Virus record (IMG/VR): IMGVR_UViG_3300007214_000060
Location: 1 to 64,000 of that record
From: a virus
Length of the DNA: 64,000 bases
Reading direction: 5' to 3' (one strand)
Shown here: positions 28,536 through 39,032 of the stretch, piece after piece
How positions within the stretch are numbered: position 1 is the first letter of the stretch
Layout: every line of letters begins with the position of its first letter
Translations under genes and position numbers: made by a program
Notes under the pieces: model-generated
Database searches by the model: none
The model's input: the letters and a program-made list of their open reading frames with translations, nothing else
Told to the model about the DNA's origin: nothing

Positions 28536-29210
28536 ATGTATATCGATTTTATCATCAATGATATCGAAATAACAGAACACGAGGCCAAATCAAGAATAAA
28601 AGATGTTCTTGATACACAGTGCATCAACAGCATCACTGTTCCATACTTTTTAATAAGATCTGTGAGACAGCCCATAGAAGATTTTAATGGAAATATAAAT
28701 TTTTCATGTCTAGTAGATTATCCATTGGGTATATCGGATCCAAAGACAAGACAATTTGCTGTTTCTCAAGCAATAAGAGCAGGGGTTAATAGTATCGATA
28801 TTGTTATACAGCAAAATTTAGCAGCTAATAGGAAATACGATAAAATTAGAGAAGATATTAAGAACGTAATAGACTCTTGTTTAGAAAAAAATATTTGTAT
28901 AAGATACATCTTGGAATATAGAAAGTTTGATCACCATTGTTTGAAAAAAGTTTGTGAAATATTTGATGACTTTGGAATCCAGTATTGTTTTCCTTCGAGT
29001 GGATATTTTATAGATAATTTAGCCGATAATATTATTGCTGGGGCATTTTTACATCAAAATTCTAAAAATATAAATGTTATTGTTAGCGGAAATATATGGA
29101 ATAATAATCATTTTGATACAATAATAAAAAGCGGTATTAGTGGTTTCAGAACAAATAGTATTTTTGCTATTAAGAATTTTATACAATTTAATTCGAGCTA
29201 TAAAAAGTAA
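28536..29210 (+). CDS. DeoC-like aldolase fold, catalytic lysines apparently lost
   Basis: VDYPLG, AIRAGVNSIDIV, IRYILEY, CFPSSG, VIVSGNI align to DeoC motifs. Confidence 0.65.
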   Translation: MYIDFIINDIEITEHEAKSRIKDVLDTQCINSITVPYFLIRSVRQPIEDFNGNINFSCLVDYPLGISDPKTRQFAVSQAIRAGVNSIDIVIQQNLAANRKYDKIREDIKNVIDSCLEKNICIRYILEYRKFDHHCLKKVCEIFDDFGIQYCFPSSGYFIDNLADNIIAGAFLHQNSKNINVIVSGNIWNNNHFDTIIKSGISGFRTNSIFAIKNFIQFNSSYKK

Positions 29211-29216
29211 AAGTTG

Positions 29217-29226
29217 GTGTATACAA
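29217..29226 (+). promoter_or_regulatory. GTGTATA motif
   Basis: Intergenic, upstream of 29268. Confidence 0.5.
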
Positions 29227-29267
29227 TACTGTTTAACAAACATAACACACTAATTATAGGTTAAATC

Positions 29268-29813
29268 ATGATATACAAAATAGTTGCAGGCGACCCTCTT
29301 AACAATAATGGCGGAACGATCAGAGCGGCTGCTGGGTCGAAAACTAACGATAACTTTAACCTACTCCAACCAAACACTGACGACGTTATCGCATTTGCGT
29401 CAACCGTCGTAGAGGGCGTTAACACAGACAAGGCTCTTTCCGCTGGAACATTTGCTAAAAATACCCAGAGGCCAGTTGGTAAAAAAGTTACTGGCGTTAT
29501 AAATACAATACTAAATACATATCTATTGACTGGCGCTGCGGAACCAACTTTAATTCAGTCGGTTAAAAAGTCAAAAGTTTGCAATACTGGTACTTGCGTT
29601 GATGGCGTTAGATCAAGATTGTCTAGTACCGCATTCCGAGATAATAAATACAATATTTATACTGGAAAATTTGAACTTGGATACCCAACGGTTCAGTCAG
29701 ATGAGTTTGAAGCAGACGCCGCCGCAAATGTTACAAGAGAAACTCCCGGTAGTTTAGTTTTCAATACTCAAAAGGGATCGTCTACTGTTAATTACAGCAA
29801 AAAAACTGGCTGA
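29268..29813 (+). CDS. putative virion protein
   Basis: G/T/A/N-rich composition, upstream of fibre genes. Confidence 0.45.
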   Translation: MIYKIVAGDPLNNNGGTIRAAAGSKTNDNFNLLQPNTDDVIAFASTVVEGVNTDKALSAGTFAKNTQRPVGKKVTGVINTILNTYLLTGAAEPTLIQSVKKSKVCNTGTCVDGVRSRLSSTAFRDNKYNIYTGKFELGYPTVQSDEFEADAAANVTRETPGSLVFNTQKGSSTVNYSKKTG

Positions 29814-29840
29814 TTCAGTAAAACACACTGGTTTTAAAAT

Positions 29841-30161
29841 ATGACAGACCACGTTATCCATTTGTGGAGCAACATTGCTACCACCAGTATTGGAATCATA
29901 GTTACTATGATGGGATTTTGGGTGGCCGTTGGTAGGAAAATGGTAACAAAAGATGATGTTATCGATCTAATTAAGAGTGAGAACTCTTATGAAAAAGAAA
30001 AACAGTTTATAATGGAGAGATTGAATAGCAATAAAGAAATTCAATCCGCATTCGCTAATGCATTACAGCGTAACACTGATGTGCTAAATGAATTAAAGGT
30101 TCAAATAGCAACCCTGGGCAAAACACTAGAAGCTTTAGAAGACAGAATTGAAAAAAGCTAG
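29841..30161 (+). CDS. membrane-anchored coiled-coil protein
   Basis: TM helix followed by heptad-rich C-terminus. Confidence 0.6.
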   Translation: MTDHVIHLWSNIATTSIGIIVTMMGFWVAVGRKMVTKDDVIDLIKSENSYEKEKQFIMERLNSNKEIQSAFANALQRNTDVLNELKVQIATLGKTLEALEDRIEKS

Positions 30162-30177
30162 ACTAGTAGTTTAGTAT

Positions 30178-30187
30178 GTGTATATTA
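30178..30187 (+). promoter_or_regulatory. GTGTATA motif
   Basis: Intergenic, upstream of fibre gene 30233. Confidence 0.5.
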
Positions 30188-30232
30188 TATACGAGCATAC
30201 CCTATATCTGTATAATATTTAGGATATTTTAA

Positions 30233-32974
30233 ATGTCTACAAATCAACATACTATTATTCAATTACGTCGTGGAACAGCCGCTGAATGGAGCGCCAGCAG
30301 CCCTCAACCGGGTGGAGAGATTCTTAAGCTTGGTGAACCAGGTTACGAAAAAGATACCGGTAAGCTAAAAATAGGAGATGGTTCAACTCCCTGGAATAGT
30401 TTGCCTTATGTTGCTATTAGTGGTGGCGGAAGCACAATAGCCGCTGCTGTAGAATGGACTTCCAACCATACGACTGCCGACGGAACCAGGTATTTGGCTG
30501 GTGATCTTGTTTATAGTGCAGGATATTTGTATAGAGCTAAATTTGATAATGAAAGTGAGCCGGTTTCGAACACAACATACTGGCAAAATGTTGGTGCCGG
30601 CTACAGACTCAATATAGATGGGAGGGACATACAAAATATCCCATATCCAGTGACAAGTGTTAATGGTCAGACCGGAGAAGTAGAGATTAGTGGTGGTGGA
30701 GGTCCCTCAAATTTATCAGATCTAGAAGATGTACTTATTCAGGATTTATCTAATAATCAAATATTGAAATTCAATGGATCAGATTGGATAAATGCTCAGG
30801 ATGGGTTGGGTAACATAACAGTAGACGGTACCCCTGGAACAACATATAAGGGTTTTCAGGCTAGCTATGGTAGGGTTTATTCTAATAGCTCTAGCGAAGA
30901 GCTTAATTTAAGTAAAATTATTATCTATAAAGAAACCCCAACCCCGGTAACAACAACAATAGATCCAACAAGTAGCAACGATACTTTTCAAGTAGAAGGA
31001 TTAAATCCAAGTAATATAGTAGCTATGTTTGTGCTGTACGGGGATACTAACGGACCAAAAGAAATAGAAACACTTAAAAGTTTTACTGAAAGCGTTATTG
31101 ATAACGTGTTGTTAGATGGCGGCATTGAGGGATCGTTCAACACAATATCGGATATGAGATCCGCATTCTACAATAGCGCATCAGCATTAACAACAACTGC
31201 TGACGGACTATATACTCAGTTTCAATTTTTTAATAACACATATACAGTGACAACTACCGGTGGAACTGGTTTTAATCTTAGTATATACTTTGAAAGAAAT
31301 CCAACAAACGGTTTATTAATAAATCCGTCAATATCAGATGGTGGTTATGGATGGACTAATGGGTCAAACACAACCATACCAGGAACATCTATTGGTGGGG
31401 TTAGTCCGGATGATGATATTGCGATAACAATTGATGGCGTAGATGTGTCTGGTAGTGCTACCGCCATTACCATTGAACCCGGAGCGGTCATACCAGGAAT
31501 ATGGCCAACAAATAGTATTAGCGATGGAGGAGAAGACCAATACGATACTGCTAATTATATTAGTACAAACTTAGCGTCTAATATTAATTATGACGGCGGT
31601 CAAATCATAAGTGATGGAACAAGTAAGTTTGGTTACGGATCATCATATTGTTTCACATATATTCCTGGAATTTTTGGCTTACTCGTTACTGGAAATAGCG
31701 CCAACTATGTTAGAACAAGCGGAAATAGCGGTGCTGATGGTAGTAGTTTAACTGATTGCGGAGACCTATACTCCCCCTCCACGTCCGCACAAACTTTCGA
31801 CAATGCTATAAATCACATAAATTTAACGGGTACTCCGTATGCTAGTGGGCCAGTAGATTTTGTTCACACGGATAACGGTACAGAAATTGATATTTTAATT
31901 GCTGATGATGGATCAGGATCAGGCGTTGGAATAACAAGAAATAGTAATCAAGGAATATTTAATCCATATAGAGAAGAGGGTTGGAGTTCTAGCATTAGTC
32001 CAGACGGAACGTTGTGGAATACTGACGGGTGGTATAATTTATCGAATGTAACAACTAGATCGTATTCAAACCTATATACCGCATTTGGTTCCGGCGGACT
32101 AGGAAACAAAATAGTTGGAACACAGTGCGTTATGTATTTACCAGATAACGGGAAATACTACACTGTAAAATTTACACAATGGACACAAAATGGAAATGGT
32201 GGTGGATTTGCTTATACAAGAAGAGAGTTGGATATTTCGCAATTACAAGAGGGTATAAGATTTGCTGATGGAACACGACTAACATCTGCTTCTGGTGTGG
32301 GTCCATTAAAATCCACAGCCGCTAGCAATAGACGAATAGAAGAAGCTGTTGGATACAAGGTTGTTAATGTTACTTCTAGAAATCCTGAAACAATATCAAC
32401 AACATTATCAAGATCTGTTACTAATGATTATGGTATATGGATAGATATTCCCACAAGTCTTATTGATGAAATAATCGATAATCCTACAGCTAATGGGGCA
32501 GTAGCTGATACTTTCTATTTTAGCTTGGACAATAACACATGGTACAAATGGAGTGGTAGCACAGGATTTTCTGGTAGTGAGAGGAACTACAGCTTACAAG
32601 GCGATCCGTCTTTAACTTACAATGCTGGAGACACAGTTTATTTTCGTTATGATACTGGTGGATCTCCTGTAGTTTGGTGGGATGCAGCAGAACTGCCGAG
32701 CGGTTCAACCAATTTTAGAGGAGCTATTATAGATTATCATGCTTATAGTGGAGAAGCAACAATAATCGGGACTATTCAGATTGTGGATGATAGTGGAGAA
32801 AAACACATATCACATACCGAAGTAGCTAGTGGTAGCACAGATAGTGAAAACGACGATTTATGGCTCGTACAAAATGAGGGTACTATTAGCTATCGTAGAA
32901 TAGATGGTGAAAGTAAAACCCTTAAAGTTCACTGGAGCGCTAAAGTATTTTATGGTAGTGAATTTTACGACTAA
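30233..32974 (+). CDS. tail/head fibre protein with Mtd-N/hyaluronidase-type N-terminal anchor
   Basis: IQLRRGTAAEW...GEPGYEKDTGKLKIGDG..WNSLPY; VTSVNGQTGEV; LSDLEDV..QILKFNG..W. Confidence 0.8.
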   Translation: MSTNQHTIIQLRRGTAAEWSASSPQPGGEILKLGEPGYEKDTGKLKIGDGSTPWNSLPYVAISGGGSTIAAAVEWTSNHTTADGTRYLAGDLVYSAGYLYRAKFDNESEPVSNTTYWQNVGAGYRLNIDGRDIQNIPYPVTSVNGQTGEVEISGGGGPSNLSDLEDVLIQDLSNNQILKFNGSDWINAQDGLGNITVDGTPGTTYKGFQASYGRVYSNSSSEELNLSKIIIYKETPTPVTTTIDPTSSNDTFQVEGLNPSNIVAMFVLYGDTNGPKEIETLKSFTESVIDNVLLDGGIEGSFNTISDMRSAFYNSASALTTTADGLYTQFQFFNNTYTVTTTGGTGFNLSIYFERNPTNGLLINPSISDGGYGWTNGSNTTIPGTSIGGVSPDDDIAITIDGVDVSGSATAITIEPGAVIPGIWPTNSISDGGEDQYDTANYISTNLASNINYDGGQIISDGTSKFGYGSSYCFTYIPGIFGLLVTGNSANYVRTSGNSGADGSSLTDCGDLYSPSTSAQTFDNAINHINLTGTPYASGPVDFVHTDNGTEIDILIADDGSGSGVGITRNSNQGIFNPYREEGWSSSISPDGTLWNTDGWYNLSNVTTRSYSNLYTAFGSGGLGNKIVGTQCVMYLPDNGKYYTVKFTQWTQNGNGGGFAYTRRELDISQLQEGIRFADGTRLTSASGVGPLKSTAASNRRIEEAVGYKVVNVTSRNPETISTTLSRSVTNDYGIWIDIPTSLIDEIIDNPTANGAVADTFYFSLDNNTWYKWSGSTGFSGSERNYSLQGDPSLTYNAGDTVYFRYDTGGSPVVWWDAAELPSGSTNFRGAIIDYHAYSGEATIIGTIQIVDDSGEKHISHTEVASGSTDSENDDLWLVQNEGTISYRRIDGESKTLKVHWSAKVFYGSEFYD

Positions 32975-32988
32975 TAAGGTAAAAAATA

Positions 32989-35900
32989 ATGACAACTATT
33001 AGAAAAATAACAACAAGTCAAATAGATGGCAATGATGCCAACACCGACAACACAAGCGAAATTCGTCCTTATGGTGAAATTGGTTTGTATCAAGGTAACA
33101 ACAATAAATTAGAACTATTAATTAGTGATGGCCAGCGCACCCATTTTAAAAGTAAGGTGCTAGCCAAGGGAACTTTCTATGGTGGCGATGCTGATAGTGC
33201 CGACGGTAATAATTATGATACAATTAAACTAATTCCAGATGTTGGATTAGTAGGCGGTGGTAGTGATCAATATATTATCGTTGATCCAACAGCGCCAGGT
33301 CATGTTCACTTACGAGCTGGCGGAACTATAGACAACAGCAATGCTGACCTTATGATTGGCGGAGAAAATAGTTATGTTAGAATTAATAGCGGAAGTAATC
33401 CTCCGATACAGATATCGTCAAATAGCAAGATCTGGACTTTTGGTCAAGACGGATCGCTAACAGTGCCGGGGCCGGTTCAGAACGAAAACAATCTTGAATT
33501 AAAAGCCGGAACCGCAACGTATACCGTTCAATTTATAGGTCAAATAGACAACGGGTTTGGTGGCGAGCCTGGAGCAACTCTGCACGTTACTTCCATAATT
33601 AATGGAACAATTACTGATGGTATGACCATATATGGACAAGGATTACCGTCAGAAGGCTTAGTATTAAACTTCGGCACAGTTATGGCTCCTCAAGGCGATG
33701 GAGGAATTGGTAATTATTATCTTCCAGGAGCTAACTATCTAATAGAATCACAAACATTCAATAATGGAGATGGTACAAATAACACTTGGACATTTACCAC
33801 TACTAATAGGGAATTTATATCACCAAACGGAGCAACAATAGGAGCGGCTGGTGAAGGATTTCCAGCTTTTTATAATACCGGAACTAATAATCCTGTGGTG
33901 GTATTAAATAAAAACATAGATAGTGGCGCAGATGTAGCTGGGATAACTCTTCAACAATCAATAACATCCGACAACGGAGGCTTGGCTAGTGTTGTTGTTG
34001 CGGCAACAGGCGTTGATTCTTATGAATATTGGCATTTTAAAGATACTGGTGTTTTAGAATTAGGATCGGGCGGATTAAAATTTAGCGATAACACAACGCA
34101 GAATACTGCACCAGTTAGTCCTGGTGCTGTTGATTGGACAGCTAATCACACCACTATTGATGGAACAAGATATTTAGTAAATGATATTGTTTATAGTTCT
34201 GGTACTATCTATAGGGCTAAATTAGAAAATGAAAGTTTGCCAGTTACAGATGATACATACTGGGAAAGCTTAGGGTCCGGATACAGACTTAATATTGATG
34301 GAAGAGATATACCTAATATTCCATATCCGGTTGAAGATATAGTGGCCGGCACCAACATTTCTGTAACAGAAGATCCAACCGGCACATTTACCATTAATGC
34401 TTCTAATGATATAGCTCTGGATACTTTAGAACCAGATGGATTTGTTAATAGAACCGATAGCCAAATATCTTTCAACGATAGTAGTAGAGAATTTACTATA
34501 TCTCCTAAATCTCCAGCAACAAGTTATGCTATATATAATAATGGACTAAAGGTTGTTAAAAGCTCTACAGAAACTGTGGCTTTACCAAATACAACCGCGC
34601 TATATTATATACATTTTGATAAGAGTGATAATAGTCTATCTTATAAAACCACAGGATTTGATTTCTCAACAGATATTCCAATTGCTCAGATCTATTACAA
34701 TACCGATTCCGGTAAGGCGGTATATTTTGGTGAAGAGCGTCACGGAATTCGCATGGACGCTGCTACTCATAAATATTTACATAATGTTTTTGGTACTCAA
34801 TATATAAATGGATTAAGCATTAGTAATTATACATTAAGTGGAGATGGATCTAGTAATAGTGATGCTATTATAGCAATTAGTGATGGCTTAATATATGATG
34901 AAGATATTGAAGCAAATATTGCTCACAGCGATACTCCCAACGATCCATTTGAGCAAATTCTTTATCCTATAGCTCAATTACCGGTTTATTATAAAGCTGG
35001 AGCATCTGCCGCGTGGACAGATACCACCGCCAACAACTATCCTGTAAAAACCGGAACAACTATTCAGTATAATCTAAATACTGGTGGAACTTGGACACCT
35101 AGCGACAGTCCTAATCCAAATAACAATAGATACATAGCTTACTGGATATGTGCAACAACCCAAGAAAATGCCCCAGTTATTAGCATTATGGGTCAAAGAA
35201 TAGATAGTAGTCTAGAACAAGCACAAAGTAACAACAGTTGGGGCGGCCTTGATTTAACTGGTCTACCAATAGTGGAACTAAGACCACTATATAGACTAAT
35301 ATACGATACAAAAAGCACATTCACCAATACTCCAAGGGGATTTTTAGTAGATATATTAGATATTAGAAGTCATATTGATACTGTTACCGGATTAACTCAA
35401 AATGATCATGGAAGTTTGTACGGGTTGGCTGATGATGATCATTCACAATATGTTCACATCGATAATGCTAGAACAATTAGCGCCGTTCATACATTTACCG
35501 ATGGATTTAATGTTGGCAACCTAAATGTGGATGGTAATACTATAATTAGTACTGATACTAATGGTAATATAGCAATTACTCCTAATGGTACTGGCGAAGT
35601 TGATATTAGCAAAGTAGATATAGACGGTGGGTCTATAGATGGAGCGGCTATTGGCGCAAATAGTGCGTCCACAGGCAAATTTACCCAACTATATCCAACC
35701 GTTGTTAATAATGGTAGTGTTAGTGGATCAGTAGGTACAGATGTTAGTACGGGACAGATTTTTGATATGACTTTAACAGGAGCAACAACACTAAATCTTC
35801 CCACAAACCCTGTTGATGGTGTTACAATTCGTTGGAGAATAACTCAAGATGGCACTGGTGGTCACTCTGTTTCTCTACACGCTGATTTTGTTATTCCATC

Positions 35901-36018
35901 ATCTGCTAGTAGTCCGTTGCCTTGGAGCACAGCAGCTAACGCCACCGACATATTAGCAGCAACTTATCATGCTACCAGAGCCAAGTGGGATGTGGTAGCT
36001 TTCGTACCCGGTTATTAA
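32989..36018 (+). CDS. fibre/receptor-binding protein
   Basis: G/T/S-rich; NDHGSL.GL.DDDHSQY; GNIAITPNGTG; C-terminal ITQDGTGG...WDVV tip domain. Confidence 0.75.
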   Translation: MTTIRKITTSQIDGNDANTDNTSEIRPYGEIGLYQGNNNKLELLISDGQRTHFKSKVLAKGTFYGGDADSADGNNYDTIKLIPDVGLVGGGSDQYIIVDPTAPGHVHLRAGGTIDNSNADLMIGGENSYVRINSGSNPPIQISSNSKIWTFGQDGSLTVPGPVQNENNLELKAGTATYTVQFIGQIDNGFGGEPGATLHVTSIINGTITDGMTIYGQGLPSEGLVLNFGTVMAPQGDGGIGNYYLPGANYLIESQTFNNGDGTNNTWTFTTTNREFISPNGATIGAAGEGFPAFYNTGTNNPVVVLNKNIDSGADVAGITLQQSITSDNGGLASVVVAATGVDSYEYWHFKDTGVLELGSGGLKFSDNTTQNTAPVSPGAVDWTANHTTIDGTRYLVNDIVYSSGTIYRAKLENESLPVTDDTYWESLGSGYRLNIDGRDIPNIPYPVEDIVAGTNISVTEDPTGTFTINASNDIALDTLEPDGFVNRTDSQISFNDSSREFTISPKSPATSYAIYNNGLKVVKSSTETVALPNTTALYYIHFDKSDNSLSYKTTGFDFSTDIPIAQIYYNTDSGKAVYFGEERHGIRMDAATHKYLHNVFGTQYINGLSISNYTLSGDGSSNSDAIIAISDGLIYDEDIEANIAHSDTPNDPFEQILYPIAQLPVYYKAGASAAWTDTTANNYPVKTGTTIQYNLNTGGTWTPSDSPNPNNNRYIAYWICATTQENAPVISIMGQRIDSSLEQAQSNNSWGGLDLTGLPIVELRPLYRLIYDTKSTFTNTPRGFLVDILDIRSHIDTVTGLTQNDHGSLYGLADDDHSQYVHIDNARTISAVHTFTDGFNVGNLNVDGNTIISTDTNGNIAITPNGTGEVDISKVDIDGGSIDGAAIGANSASTGKFTQLYPTVVNNGSVSGSVGTDVSTGQIFDMTLTGATTLNLPTNPVDGVTIRWRITQDGTGGHSVSLHADFVIPSSASSPLPWSTAANATDILAATYHATRAKWDVVAFVPGY

Positions 36019-36033
36019 TAGTGGAGAAAAAAG

Positions 36034-36354
36034 ATGAATTTAAATCAACCAATAATTGTTACTCCTGATCCTATTCGCAAAAGAAACGGATCGTTAAAAA
36101 ATCTACCAAGTATTACTCTTAATAGTCTATATTTTGTTATACTAGATGATGTTAATAAAAAAACTTGCAGTGTGAGAATTAAACCGTTCCCTGTTCCGCT
36201 AGTATTGTGGAGCGGAGATTCGTATGATCTTGCTGGTGATTATACTCAAGCGGCCTTGGAGGCTAGACTTTTAGAAGTTTTAGGAAATGATCCAGCATCC
36301 GTACTAAAAGGACTGGTTCCAAAGAACGAAATAGTTGTACAATCATTAACATGA
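36034..36354 (+). CDS. small fibre-associated protein
   Basis: LVLWSGDSYD..GDYTQ; between fibre genes. Confidence 0.5.
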   Translation: MNLNQPIIVTPDPIRKRNGSLKNLPSITLNSLYFVILDDVNKKTCSVRIKPFPVPLVLWSGDSYDLAGDYTQAALEARLLEVLGNDPASVLKGLVPKNEIVVQSLT

Positions 36355-36362
36355 GGATATAA

Positions 36363-39032
36363 ATGGCCACATATTATTTTAGAGGTAGCGTAGACTCCAA
36401 TTGGGACACGCCAAACAACTGGTGGGATGATCCTTCCGCTGGAAATCAAGGATTTACTCCATCATCAATCGATGATGCCGTAATATTGGCTACTCTTACG
36501 ACAGCATCTAGCTCCACCATAACTGTTAATTCTATAACTATTAATAGTGGTGGATCAATAAGTGGACTTAGTGTCCCGGTTGTGGCAAATGTAGAGTGTG
36601 CGAATGGCGGTACTATTGAGCCGCTAGGCGTTTTTACAATGACCGGTGATCTATTATTTTCCGGTTCTGGATCAACATTAAATTCATCGGCAACAGATTA
36701 TATTTATATAATCACCGGGAATTTATCGTTTAGTGGTACGTGGTCTGGAAGTGTTGATTATATCAACGGTAGTGGCGGCGACACTATATATTATTATGGA
36801 TATACTGGAACAGCTAGTAATTTATCTGTGGTGGGCAGTGTTCTTTATGCTGGGTATCCGACTTTATACTACAATAATTCATCTGCTGATGGCGATTGGG
36901 GAAATTATTTAAATTGGTGGGTAGATAGCGGATACTCTCAACGATCAGCTAATATCCCAGGACCATCTGATGATGTTTATGTGGCTGGTACCGTTACTGG
37001 AGGTAGTGAAACGGTCAATAGTGCTACTTTTTCTGGTGGATATACCATAACTATTAATTTGAATGTAACTAATGATGTTACATTTATAGATAATAATTAT
37101 GGAGACGGTTTGTCAAATGTAGGCATAGTAGCAAATAATGTTTACTTTAATAGTCCAAACGGATCATATTCAATACAAGCAAGTGCTTCTATTAATTTTG
37201 GAAATGAATGTAGACTTACTGGTTCCTCAACCAATTCTGGTACGATAGCGGCAAACGGAAACGGATTAGGTGCTACGTATTTTGATGATACTAGTATTAA
37301 TGATGGATATGTAGGTACTAACCCTAGTCTGCCATACACTGTGGATTTTAGTGATAGCTCAACAAACCTCGGTACTGTAAATATAAACACTAATGTTAAC
37401 TATCCAGTAAATCGTAACACTTTTAATGCTGGTACTATTAATGGTGCTATAACTTATGTGAATTATCCTAGCAATTTTTATTTTTATGGTGGAAACGACT
37501 GGAACAACACATCGTTCTGGTGGACAGGTAGTTTAGGAACAGGAGATAATGCTGGTTATGTTCCTGGCGCTCTTGATACCGTTATCATACAAGCTGCTCC
37601 AAGCATCACAGCAAACGATATTTATGTGGATAATATGACCATAGATGGCCCAGCATTTATTCTAGCGAATAACTCATATACTGTTTATGTTACCAATCTT
37701 CTTACTGTGCAAAACGGGTCAGTTGGCGACGGAATGACCGGAACAAATATAGTTTCAGCATCAGCAACATTTAATAATGCTTCTAGAATATGGACCGGAT
37801 CCAATTTAACGGTTTCAGCTGGATGTTCGTTTAATGGCACTAGCGATATAGATAATGGTTCTGTAACTGGAGAAGTTTACTTCTATGATAGCAGCACATT
37901 TAGCGGCGGAACAATAACGGGAAACGCTACTGTATATTCTCCTCATCCAGCCCCACTAGTGGTTGGTGGCACAATAACCGGATCACTAAGCTATAGTGGA
38001 TATCCTAATCGAACAGTATATTACAACGGCGCTGTTGATTCAACATGGTCAACAGTTGGCAATTGGTGGGATGATGATACTTATAGCACACCAGCAGCAT
38101 ACGCCCCAGATAGTGCAATATCTTTGGACCATGTTGTTATTAGTTCCAATATAACCTCAGGTACTACACCCGCCCCAACGGTTGATTCAATGCTTGTAAA
38201 AGGTAGTGCGGATGTGAGTATAGATATTACTTGTTATACAGCAACATTTGAAGATAGTTCAACATTTAGTTATTACAACCATACCTATTTATATCCACAA
38301 TCCGTTTTAACACAAGTTAATGCTGGTACTGTTAGCATAACATTTAGTGAATTGTCTGGTAATTATGGTACGATCTATGTTGCAGATTATGGAGCAGCAA
38401 ACACGAATAATCCGCCCGTAGTATTTGAAGACGGAGCATATGTGGGTGGTGGTGGTGCTATTTATGGAAACGTACACATATACTATCCAGTAGATTTACC
38501 ATATGATATGACAATAAATTATGGCTCAGTAACATATTTCGGATATACATATTATTTTAATGATAGTGTTGGAGCTTCTCCTAGCAATGATGGAGATTGG
38601 AATAATGGTAATAATTGGTATTTAGATAGCGCCAACTCGGCTGGTGCTGGTAATCCTCCTACAGAAACTTATCCTGGAGAGAATGTTATTCTACAAACAT
38701 CCGTAACAACAAGTACTGGTGGCTCACCAACAGCCTACAATCTTAGTTGTGGTGCTAATAGTTCATTATCAATAACTAATATAGGTATAACTGTGAATGG
38801 ATTAGCAACCTTTGAAAACGGCGGAATTCTTGGAAACGCAGCAACCATTAATGGCCACGCATTATTTAAAGATACTAGCACATGCCAAGACGGTTCTGTT
38901 GTTTATTTCACCACTTTCACGTTATCGTCAGCAGCAGAAATGATATATAATGGATACAATGGCAGTTATGTAGTTGTGCAATTTGAATATGGTAAGGGAG
39001 TTAACGGATCTAGCATTCTTGGAATAGTCTAA
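36363..39032 (+). CDS. repetitive beta-rich adhesin-like virion protein
   Basis: Five repeats starting Y(Y/F)-x(n)-W-x(4-5)-(N/F)W(W/Y). Confidence 0.7.
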   Translation: MATYYFRGSVDSNWDTPNNWWDDPSAGNQGFTPSSIDDAVILATLTTASSSTITVNSITINSGGSISGLSVPVVANVECANGGTIEPLGVFTMTGDLLFSGSGSTLNSSATDYIYIITGNLSFSGTWSGSVDYINGSGGDTIYYYGYTGTASNLSVVGSVLYAGYPTLYYNNSSADGDWGNYLNWWVDSGYSQRSANIPGPSDDVYVAGTVTGGSETVNSATFSGGYTITINLNVTNDVTFIDNNYGDGLSNVGIVANNVYFNSPNGSYSIQASASINFGNECRLTGSSTNSGTIAANGNGLGATYFDDTSINDGYVGTNPSLPYTVDFSDSSTNLGTVNINTNVNYPVNRNTFNAGTINGAITYVNYPSNFYFYGGNDWNNTSFWWTGSLGTGDNAGYVPGALDTVIIQAAPSITANDIYVDNMTIDGPAFILANNSYTVYVTNLLTVQNGSVGDGMTGTNIVSASATFNNASRIWTGSNLTVSAGCSFNGTSDIDNGSVTGEVYFYDSSTFSGGTITGNATVYSPHPAPLVVGGTITGSLSYSGYPNRTVYYNGAVDSTWSTVGNWWDDDTYSTPAAYAPDSAISLDHVVISSNITSGTTPAPTVDSMLVKGSADVSIDITCYTATFEDSSTFSYYNHTYLYPQSVLTQVNAGTVSITFSELSGNYGTIYVADYGAANTNNPPVVFEDGAYVGGGGAIYGNVHIYYPVDLPYDMTINYGSVTYFGYTYYFNDSVGASPSNDGDWNNGNNWYLDSANSAGAGNPPTETYPGENVILQTSVTTSTGGSPTAYNLSCGANSSLSITNIGITVNGLATFENGGILGNAATINGHALFKDTSTCQDGSVVYFTTFTLSSAAEMIYNGYNGSYVVVQFEYGKGVNGSSILGIV

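Noticed and set aside
30233-32974. Diversity-generating retroelement target (Mtd-like N-terminus)
   Set aside because: Only the generic N-terminal anchor is similar; no reverse transcriptase or adenine-specific TR/VR pair is seen in the window
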